From: an uncultured Candidatus Rokubacteria bacterium
Lineage (GTDB): Bacteria; Methylomirabilota; Methylomirabilia; Rokubacteriales; CSP1-6
Direction of reading: 5' to 3'
Length of the DNA: 64,000 bases
Assembly (NCBI GenBank): GCA_963762145.1
Contig: CAVXJS010000009.1
Coordinates: 96,001 to 160,000, forward strand
Below are positions 1 through 12,121 of this stretch, piece after piece; positions within the stretch are counted from its first letter, which is position 1; each line of letters begins with the position of its first letter. The translations under genes and the position numbers were made by a program. The notes below the pieces were generated by a model that was given only the letters and a program-made list of their open reading frames with translations, was not told the DNA's origin and ran no database searches.

Positions 1-831
1 GACGTCCACCCGGATCTCGGTCCGGCCTCCGAGCCGCCGCACCGCACCGTCCTGCAGAATGCGGAGGAACTTGGCCTGGGTGCCCGGATTCATCTCCGCG
101 ATCTCGTCGAGGAAGATGGTGCCTTCGTGCGCGAGCTCGAAGCAACCGGGCCGCCGCTCGAGCGCGCCGGTGAAGGCCCCCTTCTCGTGGCCGAAGATCT
201 CGCTCTCCAGCAGGGTCTCCGGGATGGCCGCGCAGTTCACGGCCACGAACGGCCCCTTGGACCGCGGGGAGAGATCGTGCAGGGTGCGCGCCACCAGCTC
301 CTTCCCGGTGCCGCTCTCCCCGCTGATCAGCACCGGAGCCGTCGTGGGGGCCGCCACCTCGATGAGGCGGTACACCTCCTGCATGCCCACGCTGGTGCCC
401 ACCAGGCGTCCCATCCCCCACACCTGGCTGAGCTTGCGGCGCAGCAGCGCGACCTCGCGGACCGCCTCGCCCCGCTCCGCGGCCTTGGGAATGAGCAGCC
501 GCAGGCGCGCCACGTCCACCGGCTTGGTCAGGTAGTCGTACGCGCCTTCCCTCATCGCGGTCACCGCGGTGTCGATGGAGCCCTGCCCGGTCAGGAGGAT
601 CACCGAGGCGAAGGGCACGTCGGTCTTGAGCGCGCGGAGCAGCTCGAGGCCGTCCATCTTGGGCATCACCAGGTCCGAAACCACGACCGAGGGCAGGCCC
701 GCGGCGGCCTTGGCGAGCGCCTCCTGGCCGTCGCCCGCCTCGTCCACGTCATAGCCCCAGCGGGCGAGGAGCGCGGTGAGGCCCTGGCGGGCCGGCTCTT
801 CGTCGTCAACGACCAGGATCTTGAGCGCCAT
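1..831 (-). CDS. NtrC-family sigma54-dependent response regulator (partial, runs off the left edge)
   Basis: Read by hand; absent from the ORF track. Receiver MALKILVVDDEEPAR...SDLVMPKMDG, then GESGTGKE, GAFTGA and IFLDEI motifs. Confidence 0.93.
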   Translation of the reverse strand, partial: MALKILVVDDEEPARQGLTALLARWGYDVDEAGDGQEALAKAAAGLPSVVVSDLVMPKMDGLELLRALKTDVPFASVILLTGQGSIDTAVTAMREGAYDYLTKPVDVARLRLLIPKAAERGEAVREVALLRRKLSQVWGMGRLVGTSVGMQEVYRLIEVAAPTTAPVLISGESGTGKELVARTLHDLSPRSKGPFVAVNCAAIPETLLESEIFGHEKGAFTGALERRPGCFELAHEGTIFLDEIAEMNPGTQAKFLRILQDGAVRRLGGRTEIRVDV

Positions 832-844
832 GCTCCGGCTGGCC

Positions 845-2171
<1,327 letters not shown>

Positions 2172-2179
<8 letters not shown>

Positions 2180-3517
2180 CTCCGTCTCCAAGTCCCGGGA
2201 AGTGCGGCCGCGGGTCCGCGAGCAGCTCGCCACACGTCACCATCCGCTCCACCGCCGCCTCCGCCGCGCAGATCCAGGATCCGCACCGGTCCGGATCGGC
2301 CCCGTCGGTCCCGATGATCAGCGCCCAGGCGCGCGTGCTGCCCCCGCGCGTAGGCCAGCGACTCGGCCAGCGGGCGGCTGATGATGTCGCGCGCCACCGC
2401 GGCTCCCGCGTCCCGCAGCCGCCGCGAGAGCGCGAGCGCCCGGGTCTTGTCCGCCGTGAAGTCGATCACGAAGAAATCGGGCCCGGGCAGCCGCGGCTCC
2501 GCGCCCTGCGACGCCATCGCCAGCAGCGCCCGGCCCGGTCTCGAAGCGCGAAGCCGGTCGCCGGACAGTCGTAGCCGAAGCGGCCCAGCATCTGGTCGTA
2601 GCGCCCGCCCCCCACCAGCGGGGCGCCGAGACCCGACACGTAAGCCTCGAAGTGTACGCCCGAGTAGTAGTCGAAGCCACGTACTTCGCCCAGGTCGAGC
2701 AGGACCGAGTCGGCGAGGCCGTAGGCGCGCAGCAGCCGGTAGACCTCGGCCAGGTTGGCGAGCGCGGCCTCCGAGCGGGGGTTCTTGACCAGGCGCTCGG
2801 CGCGGTCGAGCACGTCGCCGCGCCCGTAGAGCGTGGGCAGGGCCAGCAGCAGCTCGGTCACCGCCGCGGGCGCGGCCAGCTCGCCGACCAGGCGCTCGAG
2901 GGCCGAGAGGTCCTTGCGGCCCAGCGCCGACCGCAGCTCCCGCCCGGTGGCGGGGTCGGCGGCCACGTCCTCCAGGATGCCGCGGAAGAACTCGGTCTGG
3001 CCCACGTCGATCTGGAAGCGCTCGAGGCCGAGGGCGCGAAGGCCTTCGACGGTCATCGCGATCATCTCGGCGTCGCCCTCGGGGTTGGGCAGCCCGATCA
3101 GCTCCACCCCGGCCTGGTAGAACTCGCGGTAGCGGCCCACCTGCGGCTCGTCGTAGCGGAACACGTCGGTGACGTAGGCCAGGCGCAGCGGCTTGGGCTC
3201 GTCGCGCATGCGGGTGGCGACGATGCGCGCGATCTGGGGTGTGACGTCGGCGCGCAGCGCGAGGAGGCGGCCGCTCTCGCGGTCCACCATCTTGAACATG
3301 CGCTCCTGCAGCTCCTGGTCGGTGCCGTGGGAGAGCACGTCGAAGTACTCGTACGCGCTCGTCACCACCTCGCGATAGCCCCAGCGCCGGAAGACCTCGA
3401 AGAGGCGCTCCTCGACCGCGCGCTTGCGGGCCGCCTCGTCGGGCAGGTAGATCTTGGCGCCCTTGGGAGCTGTCTGGGGGCAGTTGAGTCGGCTGGCTCT
3501 TGCGCGAGCACGCTCAT
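2172..3517 (-). CDS. hisZ: ATP phosphoribosyltransferase regulatory subunit HisZ (frameshifted)
   Basis: [51 protein letters not shown]. Canonical hisZ-purA adjacency; its stop overlaps the purA start. Confidence 0.9.
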
Positions 3518-3526
3518 CGGCGCGCC

Positions 3527-4147
3527 TCAGGCGATCGCGACGTCGGTCAGGTGGATGAGCGAGTTCATCCGGTGCAGCGTCGTCCAGTCGTCGCGGAACT
3601 CGAGCTCCGAGATCCCCGTGGAGGCGAGCTGGAGCGACCAGAGCCGGTCCAGGCCGAGCCCGAGGGCCTCCAGGATCAGGACCCGGCAGGTGATCCCGTG
3701 GGAGACGAGGCAGACGGTCTGCTCCGGGTGGGCCTGCCGCATCGCCTCGAGGCCCGGCCAGGGCGCGGGCCCGCACCGCGGCCAGCGGCTCCGCCCCGGG
3801 CCACGCGGCCTCGTGCGGGGTGCTCGGCCCAGGCGCGGAGCGGGCCGGGGAAGCGCGCCGCCACCTCGTCCCGCGTGAGTCCCTCCCACTCGCCGAAGCC
3901 CATCTCCTTGAAGGCCTCGGCCTCGCGCACCGCGAGCCTGTGGGGGGCCGCGATGATCGCGGCGGTCTCCCGCGCGCGCCCGAGCGGGCTCGACCAGACC
4001 GCGGCCAGCCGGCGAGCCGGCGAGCAGCCGCGCCGCCGGCTCGGCCTGGCCCCGGCCGGTGGCGGAGAGCGGGCTGTCGCGCCAGCCCTGGAAGCGGCGC
4101 TCCCGGTTCCAGTCGGTCTCCGCGTGACGGAGCAGCAGCACGCGCAT
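3527..4147 (-). CDS. Histidine phosphatase (PhoE/PspA-like), frameshifted
   Basis: LLRHAETDWN...FQG, EMGFGEWEGLT and LVSHG motifs. Confidence 0.85.
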   Translation of the reverse strand: MRVLLLRHAETDWNRERRFQGWRDSPLSATGRGQAEPAARLLAGSPAGRGLVEPARARAGDRRDHRGPPQARGARGRGLQGDGLRRVGGTHAGRGGGALPRPAPRLGRAPRTRPRGPGRSRWPRCGPAPWPGLEAMRQAHPEQTVCLVSHGITCRVLILEALGLGLDRLWSLQLASTGISELEFRDDWTTLHRMNSLIHLTDVAIA

Positions 4148-4153
4148 CGGCGC

Positions 4154-5297
4154 TCAGCGCTCGGCCAGGACCTTCTGGGCCGCGCGGACCGCGGCGCCGA
4201 AGTCGACGGGGTGCCCGAGCTCGTGCAGGACCTGCTCGAGCGCGGCGAGCGCGGTGATCACGTCGAAGTCGCCGACGTAGCCCATGTGGCCGAGCCGGAA
4301 CACGCTGGCCCTTCATCTCGCCCTGCCCGCCCGCGATCGTGATGTTGTGCGAGGTCGAGTAGGTGGACAGCACCGCCTCGCTGTCGATCCCGCGCGGCGC
4401 GACCACCGCGGTCAGGGCCGGGCTCGGCCCGGACTTGGCGAAGAGCTCGAGGCCCAGGGCCTCCACGCCGGAGCGGGTGGCGCGCGCCAGCCGCTCGTGG
4501 CGCCGGAACACGTTCGTCAGGCCCTCCGTCTCGATCATCTTCAGCACCTCGCGCAGTCCCACGAAGATGGAGACGGCCGGGGTGAAGCGGCATTCGTTCC
4601 GGGCCACGAACTTCCGCTCGGTCGCGATGTCGAAGTAGTACTTCGGCAGCCGCGAGGCCTTCACGTGGCCCCACGCCTTCTCCGAGAGCGCGCAGAAGGA
4701 CAGGCCGGGCGGGAGCATCAGGCCCTTCTGGGAGCCCGCGACCACCGACGTCCACGCCCCACTCGTCCATGCGCAGGTCGGCGATGCCGAGGCTCGATAC
4801 CGCGTCCACGATCAGGATCGCGCCGGTCGCGCGCGTGACCGCCGCGATGCCTCGGACGTCGTGGAGCACGCCGGTGGACGACTCGCTGTGCTGCATCAGC
4901 ACCGCCTTGGCCTCCGGATGCTGGCGCAGGGCGTCCGCGAAGGCTCGACGCCGGGCACGGTGTGGCCGAAGGGCGCGTCCATCGGGATCACGGTGACGCC
5001 GTAGGTGCGGCAGATCTCCTCCCAGCGCTCGCCGAACTTGCCCGCGCGGAGCACCAGCACCGCGTCGCCCGCGGACAGGGTGTTGCACACCGCGGCCTCC
5101 AGGGCCCCGGTGCCCGACGAGGTGAAGGGGATCACGTCCTGGCTGGTCTGGAAGAGGCGCTTGAGCCCGGCCCGGACCTCGAGGAAGAGCGCCTCGTACT
5201 CCGGCGTCCGGTGGTGGAGGATCGGCGCGGCCATCGCCAGCAGCACGTTCGACGGCACGGGCGTCGGCCCGGGCGCCATCAGGTAGTACTTCTTCAT
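4154..5297 (-). CDS. Class V PLP aminotransferase (serine-pyruvate/phosphoserine aminotransferase-like), frameshifted
   Basis: LMAPGPTPVP, HHRTPEY, SSGTGALEAA, HSESSTG, VDAVSS and the PLP lysine in GSQKGLMLPPG. Confidence 0.9.
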
Positions 5298-5389
5298 TAC
5301 AAGCTCCTTGGGGGTCAGGTTGACCCGACCACGGTATCAGAACCCCGCGATACGTTGCAACGAGCGCCCGGCTTGTGAAGCCGTGTACC

Positions 5390-5962
5390 ATGGGCGCCGT
5401 GCCTCAACTGGTGCTTGCGCTGCTTCTGCTCGGCGCGCCGGCCCTCGTCGGCCCCGCGGATGCCGACGAAGGCCTCTGGCGACGGCTCGCGGCGGGCGGC
5501 CAGGTCGTGCTCCTGCGCCACGGCACGACCACCCCCGGGGTCGGTGACCCAACCGGCTTTCGGCTGGACGACTGTGCGACGCAGCGCAACCTGACCGAGA
5601 CCGGCCGCGAGGAGTCGCGACGGATCGGAGCCGCCTTCAAGGCCCGCGCGATCCCGGTCGAGCGGGTGCTCTCGAGCCCGTGGTGCCGCTGCCTCGAGAC
5701 CGCGCGGCTGGCCTTCGGATCGGCCGAGCCGTGGGAGCCCCTGACCTCGCTCTTCGCCGACCGGACGCGCCAGGCGGAGCAGACGCGGGCGTTCCGGACC
5801 CTCGCCGCCGAGAAGCGCGCGGGCGGCAACATGATCCTCGTGACCCACGGCGCCAACGTCACGGCCTTCGTCGGCGTGAGCCCGGCCATGGGCGAGATGG
5901 TGATCGTCACGCCGCAGGGCAACGGGACCTTCACCGTCACGGGCCGCCTCCCGGCCCCGTGA
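5390..5962 (+). CDS. Secreted histidine phosphatase family protein (SixA/PGM-like)
   Basis: Signal peptide; LLRHG, QRNL, SSPWCRCLETA and LVTHG motifs. Confidence 0.85.
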   Translation: MGAVPQLVLALLLLGAPALVGPADADEGLWRRLAAGGQVVLLRHGTTTPGVGDPTGFRLDDCATQRNLTETGREESRRIGAAFKARAIPVERVLSSPWCRCLETARLAFGSAEPWEPLTSLFADRTRQAEQTRAFRTLAAEKRAGGNMILVTHGANVTAFVGVSPAMGEMVIVTPQGNGTFTVTGRLPAP

Positions 5963-5978
5963 AAGACAGGAGCACGCG

Positions 5979-6326
5979 ATGATTCGACCCGTGCTGATCA
6001 CGGCAACGCTTCTCGCCCTGACCACTCCCGCCCTGGCCCATCACGGCTGGAGCGGCTACGACAGCACCAAGGAGATGACCCTCACCGGCACCATCCGCGA
6101 GGCCGGCTACGAGCACCCGCACGGATACATCCGGCTCGAGGCGGGCGGCAAGGTCTGGGTCGTGGTGCTGGCTCCGCCGACGCGGATGGAGAACCGCGGC
6201 CTGCCGCGGGCCGAGCTCCGGGCGGGCGCGGCCGCCACCGTGGTCGGCTACCCCCATCGCACGGATCCCGACGAGCTGCGCGCCGAGCGCATCACGGTCG
6301 GCGGGAAGACGACGGAACTCCGCTAG
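5979..6326 (+). CDS. Exported DUF6152-like protein
   Basis: Signal peptide ending ALA|HHGW; LTGTI...HPH...ELRAERITV pattern; AGGAG ribosome-binding site. Confidence 0.75.
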   Translation: MIRPVLITATLLALTTPALAHHGWSGYDSTKEMTLTGTIREAGYEHPHGYIRLEAGGKVWVVVLAPPTRMENRGLPRAELRAGAAATVVGYPHRTDPDELRAERITVGGKTTELR

Positions 6327-6329
6327 GCC

Positions 6330-6824
6330 GTGCATCCGCCCGAGGGTGCCGCCTGGCTCGTCTGGCTGGAGACGTCCGCGCTCGCGGTGGCGATGCGCCA
6401 GTGGCAGTGGCTCTACCCCATCGTCGAGATCCTGCACATCCTGGGCTTCGTGCTCGTGGTGGGCGGCGCCTTCTTCTTCGACCTGCGTCTGCTCGGACGC
6501 GCCCGCTCACTGCCGGTGAGCGGCCTGGCCGCGCATCTGCTGACGTGGTCTCGCCGGGGCTTCGCGGTGGTGGTGCCGACCGGCTTCATGATGTTCACGG
6601 CCCACGCCACCGAGTTCGCGGTGAACCCCGCCTTCCGGCTCAAGCTGATCCTGATCGCGCTGGCGCTGCTCAACGCCGCCGCGTTCCATCGGTGGCCCTT
6701 CCGGTCCGTCGCCGGCTGGGACGTCGGGCGCGGCACGCCCGTCTGGGCCAGGACGGCGGCGACGGTGTCGCTCGCCTGCTGGATCGGCGCGATCGCCTGC
6801 GGACGCCTGCTGGCGTACTTCTAG
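6330..6824 (+). CDS. Inner-membrane protein with about 4 TM helices (DUF6644-like)
   Basis: [25 protein letters not shown] and GRLLAYF; hydrophobic segments. Confidence 0.7.
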   Translation: MHPPEGAAWLVWLETSALAVAMRQWQWLYPIVEILHILGFVLVVGGAFFFDLRLLGRARSLPVSGLAAHLLTWSRRGFAVVVPTGFMMFTAHATEFAVNPAFRLKLILIALALLNAAAFHRWPFRSVAGWDVGRGTPVWARTAATVSLACWIGAIACGRLLAYF

Positions 6825-8368
6825 CGCGCCGGCGCCTTGACGGAGCGGCCCAGGGCGGTGACGAAGATCGCGTCCTTGCCCGCGGCGTGAGGCGAGAAGA
6901 ACTCCACCACCGCGCGATCGTAGAAGGTGAGGCCGCTCGCCCCGAAGCGCTGGCCGTAGGCGCCCAGGTAGAGCCGCCCGCCGATCAGCCCCGCCTCCAG
7001 GTTCACGAGCCGGTAGCCGCGATTGCCCCACCGCTCGAGGACGGGCGCGAGGTCGGCGAGGAAGAAGACGGTCGCGCTCGACGTTCCGCCGAGCGCCTGC
7101 TCGAGACAGAGGAACGCGGACGCGTCGCGCACGTCGCCGTCCCGCAGGGGGACGAGCGCGTGCCCCGCGCGGTCATACGCATAGGCTCCCGGCTCGATCC
7201 CGGTCACCGCGTGCACGTTGACGTAGAGGTCCACCAGCCCCGACGGCACGTCGGCGGGGAACCCGCGCGTGGCGTGATAGAGCGCGCTCGACAGGGCCTC
7301 GGCGGTGATCGCCTCTCCCGAGAACGCCCGCGTCGATCCCCGCTTCGCGATCGTCTCGCCCAGTGAGCGGCCCGCCACGCTCAGGGGTACCGGCAGCGCG
7401 ACACGCGGCGCGGCGGGCGAAATGTCGGAATGCAAGACCTGACCCCCGTCTTGCTCGCGCCAGTCGGGCGACCTCGGCTTCGGAGTCGAGACTCGAGTTG
7501 TCGTAGGCGTCGCGCAGGACTGGGTAGTCGACCTCGCGGGCGGAGAGCGGGATGATCTCGGGCGCGAGCGTGGTGATGACCGGGGGCGCGGCGCCGACCC
7601 CGACCGGCGGCGCCCAGCGGGACCAGTCACGAGGGCGCCCTCCTTCTCGGCATCGAGGCCGAGCAGGCCGTTGAGCTGTGCGTCCACGAAGCCGGTGACA
7701 GCCGCGCCGGCACGTCGAGCGCGCGCGCCACCGCGAGGAGCTGGCCCAGCAGCGTGCCGGAGTCCCAGAAGAGGTGGCGGTAGCCCCGCGCCTCGGTACT
7801 TCCAGGTATTGCGCCAGTAGATCGCGGAGAGGATCAGCGAGGCCGGCTGCGCGGCGACCGCCTCGTCGGCGGTGGCCAGCGCCGACCGCGCCCCGGAAGT
7901 CGCCCCGCGCGCAGCCGCCGGAGGCGAAGTCGCCCGGACTGAAGTGGTAGACGCCCGGCGCGAGCCCCTCGACGCGCGCCGGCCACCACGTACACCTCGG
8001 TCTGGTAGAGCGCGCCGGTGGAGGCCGCCGCGCGGAAGTGGATCTGCGCGCCGCCCGGGTAGGTCTTGACCCGCGTGACGCCCGCGGAGAAGAAGAGCAG
8101 CGCGGCCAGGCGCTCGAGGTCGAGCGCGGCCGGTGGCGCGGACGGATCGCCGGGCGCGAGCGACGCGAACGTGTCGACGGCCAGCGCGGCGAGATCGGTC
8201 GAGCAGCCGGATCTGCTCGAGCGCGGGATAGACCTTGAAGGGCGAGCGGCTTGGTCTCCCAGTCGAGCGCGTGGCCGCTCTGTCGCACCGACTCGGGGGA
8301 GTGCGCGGTCGCGGTCGTGGTACCGGCGGGCGCTGCTGGTGTCGCGGTTGGCGGAGATGGCCCCTCAT
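6821..8368 (-). CDS. SagB/ThcOx-like tandem nitroreductase (frameshifted; start approximate)
   Basis: [50 protein letters not shown] and GLTFYD. Confidence 0.8.
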   Translation of the reverse strand: MRGHLRQPRHQQRPPVPRPRPRTPPSRCDRAATRSTGRPSRSPFKVYPALEQIRLLDRSRRAGRRHVRVARARRSVRATGRARPRAPGRAALLLRGRHAGQDLPGRRADPLPRGGLHRRALPDRGVRGGRRASRGSRRASTTSVRATSPPAAARGATSGARSALATADEAVAAQPASLILSAIYWRNTWKYRGAGLPPPLLGLRHAAGPAPRGGARARRAGAAVTGFVDAQLNGLLGLDAEKEGALVTGPAGRRRSGSAPRPRSSPRSRPRSSRSPPARSTTQSCATPTTTRVSTPKPRSPDWREQDGGQVLHSDISPAAPRVALPVPLSVAGRSLGETIAKRGSTRAFSGEAITAEALSSALYHATRGFPADVPSGLVDLYVNVHAVTGIEPGAYAYDRAGHALVPLRDGDVRDASAFLCLEQALGGTSSATVFFLADLAPVLERWGNRGYRLVNLEAGLIGGRLYLGAYGQRFGASGLTFYDRAVVEFFSPHAAGKDAIFVTALGRSVKAPAR

Positions 8369-8430
8369 CCTCCTGTCGCTCGCCTCGCCTCGGCTCAGCT
8401 CGCCCGCGGCCTCTCCCCGGAGGGGAAGGG
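8361..8430. repeat. CCCTCTCCC-type REP-like palindrome (variant copy)
   Basis: CCCCTCATCC...GGCCTCTCCCCGGAGGGGAAGGG, resembling the copies at 52840 and 58298. Confidence 0.5.
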
Positions 8431-9452
8431 CTAGCTGAAGTGGTAGGGCGGCCGGAACACGCCGCGCTCGGTGATGATCGCGCTGATCAGCGCGGCGGGC
8501 GTGACGTCGAAGGCGGGGTTGAACACCGGCGAGGCCGCGGGAGCGGTCTCGGCGCCCGGCCACGCCGCGCACCTCGGCCGCGTCGCGCTCCTCGATCACG
8601 ATCGTGTCGCCGCTCGGGATCGACGGGTCGATGGTCGAGGACGGCGCGGCCACGTAGAACGGGATGCCGTGGTGGCGGGCGAGCACCGCCACGACGTACG
8701 TGCCGATCTTGTTGGCGGTGTCGCCGTTGGCGGCGATGCGGTCCGCGCCGGTCACGACCAGGTCCACCTCGCCCCGCTTCATCACGAAGCCGGCGGCCAC
8801 GTCGGAGATCAGCCGGTGCGGGATGCCCTCCTTGACCAGCTCCCACGCGGTGAGCCGCGAGCCCTGCATGACCGGGCGCGTCTCGTCCACCCAGACCATC
8901 GCGAGCTTGCCCCGCTCGTGCGCGGCGCGGATCACCCCGAGCGCGGTGCCGTAGCCCGCGGTGGCGAGCGCGCCCGCGTTGCAGTGGGTGAGGAGACGCG
9001 CGCCGTCGGGCACCAGGGCGGCCCCGTGCGCGCCCATCGCGCGGTTCGCGGCCAGGTCCTCGGACAGGATCGCCTGCGCTTCTTCCAGGAGCCGTCGCGC
9101 GTAGGCCCGCCAGGGGCATGTCCGCGCCGCCGCGACCACCAGCCGCCGCATGCGGTCGAGCGCCCAGAACAGGTTGACCGCGGTGGGCCGCGTGGCGGCG
9201 AGCCCCTTGATGGCCTCCTCCAGATCGGCGAGCAGCGCGGCGTGGCTCGTGGCGCCGCTCGCCCGCGCGGCCAGGACCACCCCGAACGCGGCGGCGACTC
9301 CGATGGCGGGCGCCCCGCGGACGACGAGCGTGCGGATGGCCTCGGCCACGTCCGGCCAGGCGGTGTAGGTGCGCTCCACCTCCTCGGTGGGCAGCCTGCG
9401 TCTGGTCGAGCAGCACCAGCCCACCGTCTTCCCAGCGAACCGGCGTGATCAC
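8431..9452 (-). CDS. mtnA: S-methyl-5-thioribose-1-phosphate isomerase (frameshifted)
   Basis: [38 protein letters not shown] and [18 protein letters not shown]. Confidence 0.95.
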
Positions 9453-9730
9453 CTCCGGACCCCCTCGCCGCTCTGCGGAGAGGGCCGGGGGAGGGGCCGT
9501 CGCTGGATCGCGGAACAGCTTGTCGCGCGACGTCGCCCCGCGCACCAGCGCGACCCGAGACGGCGCGACCCCGAATGCCTCGGCCAGGAGCCCGATCACC
9601 GCCCGGTTCGCCTCTCCGCCCTCGGGCGCCGCGGTCACCCGAACGCGGAACCTCCCATCCGGCTGTTCCACGATTTCATTGCGCCGCGCCTTCGGCTGGA
9701 CCCGCACCTGCAGCAGCTGCTCGCCGCCCG
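9449..9730 (-). CDS. DUF167/YggU family protein (start approximate; indel near 9510)
   Basis: VRVQPKARRNEI...RVTAAPEGGEAN...GATSRDK; typical position after divIVA. Confidence 0.85.
9461..9496. repeat. CCCTCTCCC-type REP-like palindrome inside the 3' end of yggU
   Basis: Minus strand reads CCCCTCCCCCGGCCCTCTCCGCAGAGCGGCGAGGGG. Confidence 0.55.
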
Positions 9731-9744
9731 ATAATTCGGTCCCA

Positions 9745-9853
9745 TTCGAGCGCGGGCTCCGCCCGCGCAATCCATCTTGGGGGAGGCAGGAAGGAGCGCG
9801 CCGAAAGGCGCGCGACGACCGCCGGAAGGGGGCGCAGCCCCCTCCGGGCCTAC
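9745..9853. repeat. ~110-bp three-hairpin interspersed repeat, copy 1
   Basis: Closely similar to 31168-31278. Hairpins GCGCGGGC/GCCCGCGC, GCGCGCC-GAAA-GGCGCGC and GGAAGGGGGC/GCCCCCTCC; ends in CTAC. Confidence 0.85.
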
Positions 9854-10321
9854 TCGTTCTGGTTCGCATCGGCCTCGAGATCCTGGTCCAGCAGGCGCTG
9901 GTACATGTCCACGGTGGCTCGCAGGGATTCGGCGAGCTGCCGCCGCGTGCGCTTGAGCTGGCTGATCTGCGGCCTGGATGGCGGCCTCGGCGGTGCGCGC
10001 GGCCTCGATGGTCTTCTCGCCCTGCATCTCGGCTTCCTTGATCACGAGCTGGGCCTCGCGCCGGGCGTTGTCCTTCATCTCCTCGACCATCCGCTGGGTG
10101 GTGACGAGGGTCTCCTGGAGCATGCGCTCGCGCTGCTCGAGGCCGCGGGTACGCTCCTCCGCCGCCTGGAGATGCTCCTTGAGCAGCGTGTTCTCCTTCA
10201 GCATGGCCTCGTAGTCGCCGGCCAGGTCCTCGAGGAAGGTGTCCACTTCCTGGACGTCGAAGCCACGGAACATTCGAACCGTGAACTGCTGCTGCCGGAT
10301 ATCCATGGGGGTGATGCGCAC
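9850..10321 (-). CDS. divIVA: DivIVA domain protein (indel near 9970)
   Basis: MRITPMDIRQQQF...RGFDVQEVDTFL followed by a coiled coil. Confidence 0.9.
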
Positions 10322-10331
10322 GGCGGCCTCC

Positions 10332-10597
10332 TCAGTGCTGAGCCTGGAAGAGCAGGCGTGGCAGGCCCCACTCCACCAGCTGGATGGCGAAGATGACGAT
10401 CAGCGGAGAGAAGTCGAGCCCGCCGGTCTTCCATGGTGGCAACAGCCGCCGGGCCGGGCCCGAACACCGGCTCGGTGACCTGACGCAGGATCGTCACGAT
10501 CGGATTACGGGGATCCGGGCTCACCCAGGTGATGAGGGCGGCCGCGATGATCACCCACTTGTAGATGTCGAGCAGCGATGAAGATCAGGTCGAGCAC
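10332..10597 (-). CDS. yggT: YggT family membrane protein (frameshifted)
   Basis: YKWVIIAAALITWVSPDPRNPIV...VTEP...GLDFSPLI. Confidence 0.88.
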
Positions 10598-10598
10598 G

Positions 10599-11420
10599 CT
10601 ATGGTCTCTTCCCCAGCTCGCGCGAGCGCTGCGTCGCGCGCTCCACGGCGCCGATGAATGTCCGCCGCACGCCCCCCTCTTCCAGCGCCGCGATGCCGGC
10701 GATGGTGGTACCTCCGGGGGAAGACACCATGTCCTTGAGCTGCCCCGGATGCATCCCGGTCTCGAGAATGAGCTTGGCCGAGCCGAGGACGGTCTGGGTG
10801 GCCAGGATCATCGCGGTGGCGCGGTCCAGCCCCATCTTCACGCCGCCGTCGGCGAGCGACTCGATCACGATGGCCACGTAGGCAGGCCCGGAGCCCGAGA
10901 GCCCGGTGACCGCGTCGAGGTGATCCTCCTCGAGCACCACCACGCGCCCCACCGCGCCGAAGAGCTCCTGCGCCATCTCCAGATCGCCGGACTCGAGTCC
11001 CTCGGCCCGCGCGATCGCGGTGACGCCTTCGAGCACGAGCGCGGGGGTGTTCGGCATCACCCGGATCAGGCGCGCGGGCTTGCCGAGCGCCTCGCGCAGG
11101 GCGGCCACCGGCACGCCCGCGGCCACCGAGATCAGCAGCCGGCCGCGATCGACCGCGCCCGCCACGTCCTTCAGCACCGCGCTCATGATCTGCGGCTTGA
11201 CCGCCAGGATCACCACGTCCGCTTCCGCCACCAGCGCCCGGTTGGACGTGGCCGCGCGGATGCCGTACTGCTTGGCGATCTGCTCGAGCCGGTCGGCGCG
11301 CGCGTCGGTGGCCGCGATGGACGAGGCGGGCACGAGCCCGGTCTGGAGCAGGCCCTTGATGATGGCCTCGCCCATGTTCCCCCCGCCCAGGAAGCCGACC
11401 TTCTTGTCCTTGATGCTCAC
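10599..11420 (-). CDS. proC: Pyrroline-5-carboxylate reductase
   Basis: GFLGGGNMG, LAVKPQ, RVMPN, GLSGSGPAY and SPGGTT. Confidence 0.97.
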   Translation of the reverse strand: MSIKDKKVGFLGGGNMGEAIIKGLLQTGLVPASSIAATDARADRLEQIAKQYGIRAATSNRALVAEADVVILAVKPQIMSAVLKDVAGAVDRGRLLISVAAGVPVAALREALGKPARLIRVMPNTPALVLEGVTAIARAEGLESGDLEMAQELFGAVGRVVVLEEDHLDAVTGLSGSGPAYVAIVIESLADGGVKMGLDRATAMILATQTVLGSAKLILETGMHPGQLKDMVSSPGGTTIAGIAALEEGGVRRTFIGAVERATQRSRELGKRP

Positions 11421-11423
11421 CGT

Positions 11424-12107
11424 CTAGCCCCTCACAGGGGGAGTCTGCCGCGGGCCGAAGATGGCGGTGCCGACCCGCACCATGGTCGCGCCCTCCTCGA
11501 TGGCCACCTCGTAGTCGGCGCTCATGCCCATGGACAGGTGCTCGAGCCCCAGGCCGTCGCGCAGCTCCCGGAGCGCGCGGAAGTGGGGCCGCGTGTCCTC
11601 CGGGGTCGGCGCGGCGGGGGGGATCGCCATCAGGCCGCGTACGCGCAGGCCCGGCAGGCCGGTGACGGCCTCGCACAGACGCTTCGTCTCCGAGGGGGTC
11701 ACGCCCCCCTTCTGCGGCTCGTCGCCCAGATTGACCTGCACCAGGACGTTCACGGTGCGCTCGGCGGCATGGGCGCGTCGGCTCAGCTCCTGGGCCAGCT
11801 CGAGCCGATCCACCGAGTGGATCCAGTCGAAGAGCCGCGCCGCGTCCCGGGCCTTGTTGGTCTGGAGCCCCCCGATCAGGTGCCACGGCACTGGGTGCCC
11901 CAGCGCCTCGATCTTGTCACGCGCTTCCTGGACGCGGTTCTCCCCCAGGGCCGCGACGCCTGCCGCAACCGCCATCCGGACGCGCTCGGCGTCCATCGTC
12001 TTGGAGACCGCGATGAGGAGCACGTGGTCGGGGGAACGACCGGATCGCGCGCACGCTCGCGCCACAGCCTCCTGGACTCGCCCGAGATTGGCGCGTATGT
12101 CCAGCAT
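11424..12107 (-). CDS. yggS: PLP homeostasis protein YggS
   Basis: IAVSKT, GENRVQE, WHLIGGLQTNK and LSMGMSADY...VRVGTAIFG. Confidence 0.96.
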   Translation of the reverse strand: MLDIRANLGRVQEAVARACARSGRSPDHVLLIAVSKTMDAERVRMAVAAGVAALGENRVQEARDKIEALGHPVPWHLIGGLQTNKARDAARLFDWIHSVDRLELAQELSRRAHAAERTVNVLVQVNLGDEPQKGGVTPSETKRLCEAVTGLPGLRVRGLMAIPPAAPTPEDTRPHFRALRELRDGLGLEHLSMGMSADYEVAIEEGATMVRVGTAIFGPRQTPPVRG

Positions 12108-12121
12108 GAGTGGGGGGGATT

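Noticed and set aside
2466-4745. 759-aa aminotransferase-HisZ fusion
   Set aside because: Frameshift artefact that reads through the intervening phosphatase gene out of frame.
6821-9424. 867-aa MtnA-SagB fusion in the ORF track
   Set aside because: Produced by indels. In the corrected frame mtnA has its own TAG at 8431, and the junction translates as out-of-frame sequence.
9745-9853. RNase P RNA or another known ncRNA downstream of divIVA
   Set aside because: Too short, lacks RNase P conserved motifs, and recurs at an unrelated locus.
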